The notes under the pieces: model-generated
The model's database searches: none
Told to the model about the DNA's origin: nothing
What the model saw: the letters and a program-made list of their open reading frames with translations, nothing else
In this document: positions 39,619-49,349 of the stretch, in pieces
How positions within the stretch are numbered: position 1 is the first letter of the stretch
Layout of the letters: every line of letters begins with the position of its first letter
Assembly (NCBI GenBank): GCA_963816145.1
Contig: CAWFJP010000030.1
Location: 1-64,000, forward strand
DNA from: an uncultured delta proteobacterium
GTDB taxonomy: Bacteria; Desulfobacterota; Binatia; UBA9968
Length of the DNA stretch: 64,000 nucleotides
Direction: 5' to 3'
Translations under genes and position numbers: made by a program

Positions 39619-39953
39619 AACGTTACTCCTTCTTTATCGCCGAGTATTTTCGTCAACCGCGCCATCACTCCGCCGGCTGATCAACGACCGTCTTCGCTTG
39701 ACCTTGCCGATTGTCGCCGCGCTACAATTCGATGTGTCAGTCGAGTTTGATTGCACGCTGCAATGGCCGGGCGAGCCATTGGCGACAGATCCTCATAACC
39801 TGGCCCATCACTAGTATCAGTCATACACCGTGTCAACTAAAATAGCCGCGGTGGCAATTGTGACGCTCGGCAAATTCACCTTGACAACAGTAGTTGGAGC
39901 TGTAAAAGATTCCGCAGCAAATCGACCGCATGAGATCATTTGGGGAGGTGCGC

Positions 39954-41483
39954 ATGTTCGCTCGGCACAAGAATTTTCCGGTGATATTTTTTTTGGCATC
40001 CGCCGCATTTCTGGGCAAGTCGGATTTCGCGGGCGCTCAAACGCGCGTCACCGTCGGCGTTACCGAAACCATCGAAACCCATAATCCCTACGGCGACAGC
40101 GTATCGTTGCTCTACGGCATCTGGAGCGAGATCACCGGTCCCTTTTGCACCTACAATTACACGAAAGGCGACTTCGAAGGGCGGTTGGCCGAGCGTTGGA
40201 AAGCGGAGAACCCGACCACGTGGCTTTTTTATTTGAACAAGAACTACAAATTCAACGACGGCTCCTTGGTCACAGCCGAAGACGTGGTGCATTCGATCAT
40301 GACCCGCATCGTAAAAGATCCCAAAGGGGTGCAAAAAGCTTCCGTTGCGCCGTCCGTCGTGAACGCCGAAGCCATCGATAAATATATCGTCAAGGTCACC
40401 ACCGACAAACCGACGGCGCCGCTGCTAGGGTTTTTCTGCGACCGTCTAATCATAACCAGCAAGGCGATGTACGACAAATACGGCCAAGAGTCAGCCGATA
40501 AAGACCACATGATTGGCGCGGGCCCCTACCGGCTTAAGGAACTGATTCCCGGCCAGAGACTGGTCATCGCCAAAAACCCAAATCACCCAGAATCTAAGAA
40601 AAATCCGCGCGCGCCGGACGAAGTGGTCTATCGCATCATGCGCGAACCGGAGCAGCGTGTCACGGCTTTGTTAAATGACGAGATCCAGATCGGCCAATTC
40701 GTGCCGCCCCATATGCGACAGCGGGTCGAAAAGACCAACAATCTGCGGATCACGTCGGCAGATTCGGTTGAGATCATGTTTCTCGCCATGCAACCGAAAC
40801 CACCTTTTGATAAGAAAGAAGTCCGCCAGGCGGTCTGTCACGCGATCAACCGCGATCAAATCATCGGTACTTTATTGGAAGGGTTCGCCAGTCGCCTCGA
40901 CGGGCCCTTGGGTCCCGGACAATACGGCTACGATCCCGATTTGAAGCCGAAATTGAATTACGACCCGGAAAGAGCCAAAAAACTTTTGGCTCAAGCCGGT
41001 TATGCCAGCGGCATCGATGTCGAGCTGCAAACTCCGGTGGGACGCTACACATTGGATAAGCAGCTAACCGAAGCGATGATCCCGATGCTCAACTCTGTCG
41101 GCATTCGCGCCAGGCTCGCCACGCCCGAGTGGGCCACGCTCTGGGCGAACGTGCAAAAGGGGACGGTGCCTTTCTATTATATGGGACGCGGCTCGGTCCA
41201 GGATCCCAGCGCCGCATTGCATCAATATTTTCATACAGGTGAAACGCCGCGCATCGGCTATTCAAACTTCAAAGTCGACGAACTGCTGAACAAAGAACAG
41301 CAGGAGTTCGACCCGAAAAAACGGCGCCAATATCTGTCGCAGGCGATGAGCATCCTCACCGAAGACGCGCCGGCCTGTTTCATGTGGCGGCACAAACTGC
41401 TCTGGGGCTTGAGCACCAAGATTGATTACAAGCCGCTGCCCGATTCGCGCGTGTACGCGATCGACATGACCGTGAAGAAATGA
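39954..41483 (+). CDS. ABC substrate-binding protein, family 5 (Dpp/Opp)
   Basis: LAERW, FNDGSLVTAEDV, IGAGPY and VRQAVCHAINR motifs; RBS GGAGG. Confidence 0.9.
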   Translation: MFARHKNFPVIFFLASAAFLGKSDFAGAQTRVTVGVTETIETHNPYGDSVSLLYGIWSEITGPFCTYNYTKGDFEGRLAERWKAENPTTWLFYLNKNYKFNDGSLVTAEDVVHSIMTRIVKDPKGVQKASVAPSVVNAEAIDKYIVKVTTDKPTAPLLGFFCDRLIITSKAMYDKYGQESADKDHMIGAGPYRLKELIPGQRLVIAKNPNHPESKKNPRAPDEVVYRIMREPEQRVTALLNDEIQIGQFVPPHMRQRVEKTNNLRITSADSVEIMFLAMQPKPPFDKKEVRQAVCHAINRDQIIGTLLEGFASRLDGPLGPGQYGYDPDLKPKLNYDPERAKKLLAQAGYASGIDVELQTPVGRYTLDKQLTEAMIPMLNSVGIRARLATPEWATLWANVQKGTVPFYYMGRGSVQDPSAALHQYFHTGETPRIGYSNFKVDELLNKEQQEFDPKKRRQYLSQAMSILTEDAPACFMWRHKLLWGLSTKIDYKPLPDSRVYAIDMTVKK

Positions 41484-41577
41484 ACATACTGCCCTTTTCC
41501 AGGGGGCGAGGGTTCCGATAGTTCTGTCAACGGCAAGGCTCGTTTTCTCGTGTGAAATTCTCAGCGGGGAGAATCCC

Positions 41578-42453
41578 ATGAACGGCGAAAAATATATTGA
41601 TGTCGAGGGCATCCGCACCCGCTACTTCGAAGCCGGCAGCGGCGCCAACCTCGTCTTGTTTCACGGCGGCCACTTCGGTTCCCATGATGCCGCTAATTGC
41701 GCTGAAGACTGGAGTTTGAACTTCGACGATTTGGCCAAATGGTTCCATGTCATTGCCGTTGACAAGATCGGCCAAGGATTCACCGACAATCCGAAAAAAG
41801 ACCAAGACTACAGCATGGCAGCCGTAGTACAGCATGCTTATAAGTTTTTGAAAACTCTCGGCTTGCGCAACGTCCATCCGGTGGGTCATTCGCGCGGCGC
41901 TTATCTCGTTGGCCGTTTGGTCATAGAGCATCCCGAGCTTTTCACCACCTGTATTCTCGTCGACACCAACACACTAGCGCCGGGCATCAGCAAAAATGAA
42001 ACCGTGATGGCCAATCCGCCCCAGCCACGACTAGGCCGCGAAAGCCAGCGATGGGTGCTGCAAAAATACTCCTACGGCCATGAACATATCACCGAGGAGT
42101 GGCTCGACGCCATGATGCGCGTCGCCGCAACGGCGAAATACCAAGAAGCCGTAAGAAAAATGGAAGAAGTCGGCCTTAGAACGACCCGCTTCCTGCCGCA
42201 CTTGGCGCGGCAAAAGGACGAGACGTTGGGTATCATTCGCGACCGCGGCTTGGGCAAGCCGACATTGTTGGCCTGGTCCTACCAAGATCCAACCGCAACC
42301 ATCGACCAGGGCTACGCGCTCTTCGATTTGATTGCCGGTAGCACGTTGGACGCGCGCATGTATATCTACAATTGCGCCGGTCACTTTTCCTACCGCGAGC
42401 ATCCGGCGGAATTTAACGAGATGCTGCGCAGCTTCATCCAACGCGTGGCCTAG
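41578..42453 (+). CDS. alpha/beta hydrolase (C-C hydrolase-like)
   Basis: FHGG, nucleophile elbow GHSRG and C-terminal AGH. Confidence 0.88.
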   Translation: MNGEKYIDVEGIRTRYFEAGSGANLVLFHGGHFGSHDAANCAEDWSLNFDDLAKWFHVIAVDKIGQGFTDNPKKDQDYSMAAVVQHAYKFLKTLGLRNVHPVGHSRGAYLVGRLVIEHPELFTTCILVDTNTLAPGISKNETVMANPPQPRLGRESQRWVLQKYSYGHEHITEEWLDAMMRVAATAKYQEAVRKMEEVGLRTTRFLPHLARQKDETLGIIRDRGLGKPTLLAWSYQDPTATIDQGYALFDLIAGSTLDARMYIYNCAGHFSYREHPAEFNEMLRSFIQRVA

Positions 42454-42541
42454 TGAAAGAGTTGCATCCATAACGATCAAAATCGCGGCGTGCAACCGCC
42501 GAACTGCCTTGAACTCTTGAACCTTTGAACGTTGAGCGATT

Positions 42542-43543
42542 ATGCTAGGTTATCTCCTCCGCCGCCTCGCCGGCACCATCCCCGTTCTGGTGCTGATCAG
42601 CCTACTAGTATTCCTGCTGATCCATGCCGCGCCCGGCGATCCGACGCTCATGCTCCTCGGCGAAGAAACCAACGCCGCGGAAGTTGCCAAAGCCAAAGCG
42701 CGCTGGGGACTCGATCAACCGCTCTATGTGCAGTACTGGAAATTCTTGAAATCGGTTGCTGTCGGCGATTTCGGCAAGTCGTTCAAGTATGCCGAGCCGG
42801 TCACCAGCGTGATTCGCACCCGGCTGCCGGCGACCATCGAGCTGGCCGTTTTCGCCATCGTCATCGCCACGCTGCTGGCCATCCCGCTGGGTGTTTGGGC
42901 CGGCGCCCGGCCCAACTCGTGGATCGACAACCTCGGTACCACGTGCGGCCTGTTCGGCATCAGCATGCCGAGCTTTTGGCTGGCGATCATGTTGATCCTG
43001 TTGCTCGCCGGCGTGCTGAACATTCTGCCCACCTCCGGCCGCAGCACCTACGGCATCGCCGGACCGGAGCAGACCGGCTTTTACATTTTAGACAGCGTCA
43101 TGCAGCAAAACTGGAAAGCCGTGTGGGACGCGCTCACGCATTTATTTTTGCCGGCGCTGGCATTGGGTGTCAACATGCTCGGCATTCTCATGCGCGTCAC
43201 CCGCTCGTCAATCTTGGAGGTGATGAACGAAGATTACGTGCGCACGGCACGCGCCAAAGGTCTGCGCGAGAAAAAGGTCGTGTGGCGCCATGTCAGCAGC
43301 AACGCCTTGATCCCGGTTATCACCGTCGTCGGCTTGGAGCTTGGCACTTTGCTCAGCGGCTCGATCATCGTTGAAACCGTTTTCGCCTGGCCGGGCGGCG
43401 GCAGCCTATTGATCACCGCGCTCAATGCCCGCGACTATCCGCTGGTCACAGGGCTGGTGATGACCTACACCACCGCGTTTGTCGCGATTAATTTAATAAT
43501 CGATGGACTTTATGCAGTCGTTGACCCTCGAATCCGTTACTGA
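42542..43543 (+). CDS. ABC permease DppB-like
   Basis: GLDQPLYVQY, EDYVRTARAKGL and IVETVFAWPG motifs. Confidence 0.93.
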   Translation: MLGYLLRRLAGTIPVLVLISLLVFLLIHAAPGDPTLMLLGEETNAAEVAKAKARWGLDQPLYVQYWKFLKSVAVGDFGKSFKYAEPVTSVIRTRLPATIELAVFAIVIATLLAIPLGVWAGARPNSWIDNLGTTCGLFGISMPSFWLAIMLILLLAGVLNILPTSGRSTYGIAGPEQTGFYILDSVMQQNWKAVWDALTHLFLPALALGVNMLGILMRVTRSSILEVMNEDYVRTARAKGLREKKVVWRHVSSNALIPVITVVGLELGTLLSGSIIVETVFAWPGGGSLLITALNARDYPLVTGLVMTYTTAFVAINLIIDGLYAVVDPRIRY

Positions 43544-44408
43544 AAAAAGCCCCGGCGCCCTGGCCCGTTTGCTACCGCGGCTCCACGCCAAGGCATTCAC
43601 CGGCGGGCTGATCGTGTTGACGTTCATCTTGGTCGGCATCTTCGGGCCCTACGTCGCGCCCCAGGATCCCAACAAACAAGAACTGACCGCGATGATGAAG
43701 GCGCCCGAGGGGATCGGCACCAACCATGTCCTGGGCACCGACAACCTCGGCCGCGATATTTTCAGCCGGGTGATTTTCGGTTCGCGGGTTTCGCTCTTGG
43801 TCGCCTTCGCCGTCGTATTCGTCTCCGGCTTGATTGGCATCACGCTCGGCGCGGTGTCGGGCTACTTCGGCGGCAAGGTCGACTTCGTCATTCAAAAATT
43901 AGTCGAAGTCATCTGGGCGTTTCCACCGCTGTTGCTCGGCATCACGATCATGGCGTTTCTCGGCCAGGGGCTTTTCAACCTCATTCTTGCGCTGGTGGCG
44001 CAACGCTGGATTCCCTACTGCCGCGTCGTGCGCGCCCAGGCGTTGTCGTTGCGCTCCCGCGACTTTGTCACCGCGGCGCAATCGCTGGGTTGCAGTCACG
44101 GTAAAATCATCTTGCGCCACATCATTCCCAATCTTATCCAAACATCATTGGTGATCGGCACCTTCGCGATGGCGTCGTCGATCATCGCCGAAGCCAGTCT
44201 GAGCTTTCTCGGCGTCGGCGTGCCGCCGCATATTCCCACCTGGGGCACGATGCTCGCCGACGCGCGCATTTATATCAGCACCGCCTGGTGGCTGCCGTTA
44301 TTTCCCGGCCTGTGCATCTTCATCACCGTGCTCGGCATCAACCTGCTCGGTGATGCGCTGCGCGACATCCTCGATCCGAGACTCAAACGGACGGGATCGG
44401 GAGTGTAG
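43512..44408 (+). CDS. ABC permease DppC-like
   Basis: LGTDNLGRDI, EASLSFLG and NLLGDALRD motifs. Confidence 0.93.
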   Translation: MQSLTLESVTEKSPGALARLLPRLHAKAFTGGLIVLTFILVGIFGPYVAPQDPNKQELTAMMKAPEGIGTNHVLGTDNLGRDIFSRVIFGSRVSLLVAFAVVFVSGLIGITLGAVSGYFGGKVDFVIQKLVEVIWAFPPLLLGITIMAFLGQGLFNLILALVAQRWIPYCRVVRAQALSLRSRDFVTAAQSLGCSHGKIILRHIIPNLIQTSLVIGTFAMASSIIAEASLSFLGVGVPPHIPTWGTMLADARIYISTAWWLPLFPGLCIFITVLGINLLGDALRDILDPRLKRTGSGV

Positions 44409-44515
44409 TTGTCAGTGATTAGTTGCCAGTTGTCAGTAAAAGCTGGCGGCTTGTCGAGTCGTTCCTGTCATCTTGAGAGTTGACAACCGAGAACTAGCAA
44501 CTGACAGCTGATGAC
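44409..44515. repeat. heptamer-based inverted repeat element (TTGTCAG/CTGACAA type)
   Basis: TTGTCAGTGATTAGTTGCCAGTTGTCAG...TGACAACCGAGAACTAGCAACTGACAGCTGA. Confidence 0.65.
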
Positions 44516-44564
44516 TCGCGCCCCGCGCATTGATTCCCCCACCGTCTCGTGTAAATTAAATTGG

Positions 44565-45968
44565 ATGCGCCGCACCAAAATTGTCTGCACCATCGGCCCC
44601 GCCAGTTCGTCCGAGAAAATGATCGAAGGTTTGATCCGCGCCGGCATGAATGTCGCGCGGTTAAACTTCAGCCACGGCGACTACGCCTCGCACCGCCGGG
44701 TCATTCGAACCATTCGTAAACTCGAACACAAGCTCGACACCCCGGTCGCGATCCTGCAGGATTTGCCCGGACCGAAGATCCGTATCGGCGCCATGGCCGG
44801 CGACCGCGTCCGGCTGCAAACCCGCGGTCGAATGGTCCTGACGACGCGCAAAGTGCTCGGCAGCGAACTGGCGGTATCGGTGAATTTTCCGGGATTGACC
44901 CATGCGGTAAAAAAAGGTGACCCAATCCTGCTCGGCGACGGCGAAATCGAACTGGAAGCGCTGCAAGTCAGCAAGCACGAAGTCCGCTGCCGCATCATCG
45001 TCGGCGGCATCTTGGGCTCGCACAAAGGCATTCACTTTCCGCGCAGCTCACTCAACATCCGCGCGCTGACCGCGGAAGACAAAAAAGACTTGGCGTTCGG
45101 CATCGAGAACAAGGTCGACTTGGTGGCGCTGTCGTTCGTGCGCAATAGCCAGGATATTCTCTACGCCCGCCGCGAGTTGCGCAAACTCGGCGCCAATATC
45201 CCGCTCATCGCCAAGATCGAAAAACACGAAGCCTTGGACAATCTCGACAGTATCTTGCAGAACGTCGACGGTATCATGGTCGCGCGCGGCGACTTGGGAT
45301 TGGAGATCGCCCAGCAGCGCATCCCGGCCATGCAAAAACGCATGATCCGCGAGGCCAATCACCTCGGCAAACCGGTGATCACTGCGACCCAGATGCTGCG
45401 CTCGATGGTGTGGAATCCTCGTCCGACGCGGGCGGAAGTTGCCGACATCGCCAATGCGATTCTCGACGGCACCGACGCGCTCATGTTGTCCGAAGAAACC
45501 GCCGCCGGCGATTACCCGCTGGAAGCGGTCAAAATCATGGCCCAGGTGGCAGAGGAAACCGAGTCGATCCTCGAACCGCGCCAACGTTTCCAGGGGCTGC
45601 CCAAAACGGTGCCGGAAGCGATCAGCGTTAGCGCGATCTCCCTCGCACGCGATCTGCAGGTCAAAGCTTTTCTTATTCCGACGACCTCAGGCAGCACGGC
45701 GCGTTTGATCGCGCGCTACCGGCCGAAGCAACCGATCATCGCCGTCAGCCCGGACCCGCGCACCGTGAAAATGCTCTGTCTGGTTTGGGGCGTTTTCTCG
45801 ACGCCGACGCGCGGTTTCAAAAGCACCGATGAGATGGTCCAGCTGCTCCAACGCAAAGCCCTCGATTCCGGCATCGTCAAACGCGGCGATTTGGTTGTCA
45901 TCACCGCCGGACTGCCCTTGCATCAAGCCGGCACCACCAACATGATCACGGCGAAAGTAATCGATTAG
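44565..45968 (+). CDS. pyk: pyruvate kinase
   Basis: RTKIVCTIGP, RLNFSHG, AKIE, MVARGDLG and ATQML motifs. Confidence 0.97.
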   Translation: MRRTKIVCTIGPASSSEKMIEGLIRAGMNVARLNFSHGDYASHRRVIRTIRKLEHKLDTPVAILQDLPGPKIRIGAMAGDRVRLQTRGRMVLTTRKVLGSELAVSVNFPGLTHAVKKGDPILLGDGEIELEALQVSKHEVRCRIIVGGILGSHKGIHFPRSSLNIRALTAEDKKDLAFGIENKVDLVALSFVRNSQDILYARRELRKLGANIPLIAKIEKHEALDNLDSILQNVDGIMVARGDLGLEIAQQRIPAMQKRMIREANHLGKPVITATQMLRSMVWNPRPTRAEVADIANAILDGTDALMLSEETAAGDYPLEAVKIMAQVAEETESILEPRQRFQGLPKTVPEAISVSAISLARDLQVKAFLIPTTSGSTARLIARYRPKQPIIAVSPDPRTVKMLCLVWGVFSTPTRGFKSTDEMVQLLQRKALDSGIVKRGDLVVITAGLPLHQAGTTNMITAKVID

Positions 45969-46134
45969 AACGGTTTCAACCGCAGAACTCCGAGCGCGCC
46001 GCAACCGCTGCCGAAATTCGACCGCGTCATCCGCCATAGTTCGCTCGCGCCCCGCAGCCACTCTCCATATTCTTGCCTTGCAACGTCGGCGCAAATCGCG
46101 CTAGATATGACGAGTATTCGCTGGAGGTGACGTT

Positions 46135-47148
46135 ATGTCCGAAGCACTGAAACAATTCGAAGACGAGCTGCAGAGCAAGAACTTCAAGGGCTATTGGCAG
46201 AATCAGCAGGGCGATGTGGCACGCCAACCGGTGGCGTCCTTCGACGCGTGCCACTGGAAAGGCAAAGACCTCTTTGCCGCCATGGAAAAAGCCGGCGAGG
46301 TGGTCGGCCTCGATGTCTCGTTCCGGCGTGTCATCCAGCTGTGGAATCCGGCGCTGAAAAACGGCACCTCGCGCACCCTGGTATTGAATCTGCAGTTGCT
46401 CAAGCCCGGCGAAAATGCGCTGTCGCACCGCCATATGGCGGGCGCGATCCGGTTCATCTTGAAAGGCCATGGCACCCGGCTGATCGTCGAGGGCGAATCC
46501 TTCGAGATCGGCGAAGGCGATTTCGTCACCACACCGAGCTGGACTTGGCACGATCATGAGAACCACGGCGAGAACATGATGTGGCTCGACGGCCTCGACG
46601 CGCCGCTAGTGAGACTCCTGGAAACCGATTTTCACGAACCCGATCCGCGAAGGAAGCAGACCGTCACCCGGCCCGACGGCTACACCCTCGCCACCACCGG
46701 CCCGCTGCGCCCGGCGTGGATGAAAGCGAATTCCGTCCAACCGCCGGCCTTTTGCTACAAATGGGCCGACACCGAAAGCGCTCTCAACAAAGTCGGCGAA
46801 CAACCGGGCGACCCGTTCAACGGCATCGTGCTCGATTACGCCAATCCATTGAACGGCGGCCCGACCCTGCCGACCATGAACTGCCAGATCCATATGCTGC
46901 GCGCCGGCGAGAAGACCAAGAGCCACCGCCACACCAGCTCCGACATCTATCATGTCTGGCGCGGCAGCGGCGTCAGCTACATCGGCGACAAGCGCTTCGA
47001 GTGGGAGCAAGGCGATTCATTCGTCGTGCCGCTGTGGCAAAACCACCGCCATGAAAATACCTCGAAGGATCCGGCGGTCTTTTTTGTCATGAACGACAAG
47101 CCGCTAATGGACGCCATCGGCCACTACCGCGAAGAAGCTGAAGGATAA
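46135..47148 (+). CDS. gentisate 1,2-dioxygenase-like bicupin
   Basis: HRH...WTWHDH, WLDGLDAP, YANPLNGGPTLPTM and HRHTSS motifs. Confidence 0.85.
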   Translation: MSEALKQFEDELQSKNFKGYWQNQQGDVARQPVASFDACHWKGKDLFAAMEKAGEVVGLDVSFRRVIQLWNPALKNGTSRTLVLNLQLLKPGENALSHRHMAGAIRFILKGHGTRLIVEGESFEIGEGDFVTTPSWTWHDHENHGENMMWLDGLDAPLVRLLETDFHEPDPRRKQTVTRPDGYTLATTGPLRPAWMKANSVQPPAFCYKWADTESALNKVGEQPGDPFNGIVLDYANPLNGGPTLPTMNCQIHMLRAGEKTKSHRHTSSDIYHVWRGSGVSYIGDKRFEWEQGDSFVVPLWQNHRHENTSKDPAVFFVMNDKPLMDAIGHYREEAEG

Positions 47149-47165
47149 TTTATCGCAGCGAAATT

Positions 47166-47192
47166 TACGGGCGAGGCGTGCCTTGCCCTCGC
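47166..47192. repeat. REP-like hairpin
   Basis: GGGCGAGGC-GT-GCCTTGCCC. Confidence 0.45.
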
Positions 47193-47218
47193 GGACAAAT
47201 TCACCCAGGAGCCTGTTC

Positions 47219-47968
47219 ATGTTCACGCTTACGCACAAACTCAATCCCGATGAATTCATCAAAACCTTTTTCGAGGTCAACCGGCAAGACCACCAGCGCC
47301 CGGCCCATCCTTGGGAAGAAATCTTTCGTAACGGCAAATGCACTAAGGAACAGCTCCAGGGTTGGGGCAAGGAACGTTACTACTTCACCAAGCAGGTGCC
47401 GGTGAAGGAATATTCGATCCTTTACAACTGCCCGCACACCGACGTCCGGCGCATGTGGTTGCCCAAAGCCATCGAAGAAGAAGGCGAAGATCTGATCGGC
47501 AAATCCGGCAAACCGCATCCAGAGTATTGGCTCGATGTCTGCGTCGGCATGGGCATGGATAGGGAATTCGTAAAAAACTCCGAGCCGCTCTATGGCGTCA
47601 AGTTCGCCGTCGACGCCTTCGCCAATGCTGCATTCAAGACTTCCTGGCTGTTGGGCGTAGCCGTGTCCGAAGGCGACGACACCGCCAAGGCGATGTCGCG
47701 CGACTTAGATATTTTTCGCAAGCACTACCAATGGGTGCCCGACGACGCCCTGACTTTTTACAAGCTCCATGCCGAAGTCGATCAGGAGCATGGCTTGATC
47801 CGCAAGGAAATTCTAAAAAAATACGCCGACACCAAGGAGCTGCAAGAAGCCTGCATCAACGCCCAGCTAATGAAAAACAGCATGCGATGGGTCATGGCCG
47901 ACTGCATCTACATGGAGTACGTCTTCCGCGGCGCGAAACTGAACAGCAACGCCGCCGCAGCGGCGTAG
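47219..47968 (+). CDS. PqqC/CADD-like heme-oxygenase-fold diiron protein
   Basis: LQGWGKERYYF...NCP...RRMW (PqqC-like); EEEG...H, SE and HAEVDQEH; RBS AGGAG. Confidence 0.8.
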   Translation: MFTLTHKLNPDEFIKTFFEVNRQDHQRPAHPWEEIFRNGKCTKEQLQGWGKERYYFTKQVPVKEYSILYNCPHTDVRRMWLPKAIEEEGEDLIGKSGKPHPEYWLDVCVGMGMDREFVKNSEPLYGVKFAVDAFANAAFKTSWLLGVAVSEGDDTAKAMSRDLDIFRKHYQWVPDDALTFYKLHAEVDQEHGLIRKEILKKYADTKELQEACINAQLMKNSMRWVMADCIYMEYVFRGAKLNSNAAAAA

Positions 47969-48059
47969 ATTTCACCGTCCTCTGCGCACGACAGTTCAAA
48001 TGTAATGACAAAATCGAACTGGTCGAATCAAGCGCATCCTTCCGCCTCGCCCCCTCTTA

Positions 48060-48234
48060 CCCCTTCCCCATCGAGAGGCTGTGTCGTAATGCGCAAATGC
48101 CCCACATCTGTCATCCCGAGCGAAGCGAGGGATCTCGTATTTTCAGCCACTTGCGAAGAAGAGATTCCTCGGCTTCACCTCGGAATGACAGTTGCGACAC
48201 AGTCTCCGACGGGGGAAGGCTGGGATGGGGGTGA
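48060..48234. repeat. CCCTTCCCC...GGGGGAAGG...GGGGGTGA REP-like element interrupted by a MITE
   Basis: Removing 48075-48209 restores CCCTTCCCCATCGACGGGGGAAGG, similar to copies at 50335-50440. Confidence 0.7.
48075..48206. mobile_element. 132-bp MITE-like element
   Basis: 15-bp terminal inverted repeats GAGGCTGTGTCGTAA / TTGCGACACAGTCTC (13/15), flanked by CGA direct repeats; internal palindrome 48109-48190. Confidence 0.7.
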
Positions 48235-48307
48235 AAACCCCAGACGAAGCTGCGCAAATACTCTCGTCGCAACAAATACAAATCCGGGACGTCTCTCCCG
48301 GCCTTTC

Positions 48308-49267
48308 TTGACGACGGCTCTCGTCATCCTGGTACTCACCGTCACTTCACGAATCGCCCACGCCGCCCCCGTGCGTATCGCCTACAGCTCCATCAGCGCC
48401 GCCATGCTGCCGCTGTTCGTCGCCAAGGACAAAAGATTTTTCGACAAACAAAACGTCGACGTTGAGCTGACCTACATCCGCGGCATCGCCATCGAAGCCT
48501 TGATCGCCAATGAGGTCCAGTTCGTGCGCGCCTCGCCGCCGGCGGTCGTCAGCGCCACCCTCCGCGGTGCCGATCTCGCGGTTATCGCCAACACAATTAA
48601 CGTGCCGGTCTTTTCCCTGATGACCCGCGCCGACCTGCGCCGCCCCGAAGAGCTGCGAGGCAAGAAAATCGGCGTCACCAACTTGGGCGACTCGCCCGAC
48701 CTGGTGCTGAGCATGATCCTAGACAAGTTCGGCCTGCAGCGCGGCCGTGATGTTACCGTCATGGCAATTCGCGGCGGCATGCCCGACATGATCCTCGCTG
48801 TCAGCAAAGGTTTCGTCGACGGCGGCATGATCTCGGCACCGAGCAATTTGCGCGGCATGAAGCTGGGCCTGCGCGAGCTCGTCGACTCCGCCGACCTGGG
48901 TGTCCCCTATCTCAACTCGCCGATGAGCACCCGGCGCGCTTACATCAAATCCAGCCGCGACACGGTGCTGCGCGTCCTACGCGGCTATTATCAAGGCGTG
49001 CAAGAAACCCACAACGACCGCGACGGCGCGATGAAAATCCTCGCCAGATATACCCGCGTCCAAGATCCGGAAATTCTCGCCGAGTCCTACCGCATCTACG
49101 GCCAGAAGCACTTGCAGAAATCCATCCAGGTCGATTTGGAAGGCGTCCGGCAGCTGCTGCGCACCCTCGGCAAAGAAACGGCCAACGCTAACCCCAGCCA
49201 GTTTGTCGACGCTTCGTTGATCCAGGATTTGGAAAAAGAAGGATTCTTTCAACAGAAAGCCCGATAG
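48308..49267 (+). CDS. ABC substrate-binding protein, NMT1/SsuA-like (start uncertain)
   Basis: Signal peptide ending AHA-A; RIAYS, LRGKKIGV and FVDASLIQDLEKEGF motifs. Confidence 0.85.
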   Translation: MTTALVILVLTVTSRIAHAAPVRIAYSSISAAMLPLFVAKDKRFFDKQNVDVELTYIRGIAIEALIANEVQFVRASPPAVVSATLRGADLAVIANTINVPVFSLMTRADLRRPEELRGKKIGVTNLGDSPDLVLSMILDKFGLQRGRDVTVMAIRGGMPDMILAVSKGFVDGGMISAPSNLRGMKLGLRELVDSADLGVPYLNSPMSTRRAYIKSSRDTVLRVLRGYYQGVQETHNDRDGAMKILARYTRVQDPEILAESYRIYGQKHLQKSIQVDLEGVRQLLRTLGKETANANPSQFVDASLIQDLEKEGFFQQKAR

Positions 49268-49287
49268 TTCTCGCAGAATTTATGGGA

Positions 49288-49317
49288 TTGACAGTGCGAT
49301 TTAGTGCGGCCTAGACT
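49288..49317 (+). promoter_or_regulatory. sigma70-type promoter
   Basis: TTGACA-18 bp-TAGACT upstream of RBS GGAGG and ATG 49350. Confidence 0.6.
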
Positions 49318-49349
49318 GACTCGCAAAATTACCAACGGAGGCGCAGACC

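Noticed and set aside
47219-47968. True pqqC or a PQQ operon
   Set aside because: No pqqA/B/D/E nearby, and the PqqC DHDG segment is replaced by acidic metal ligands.
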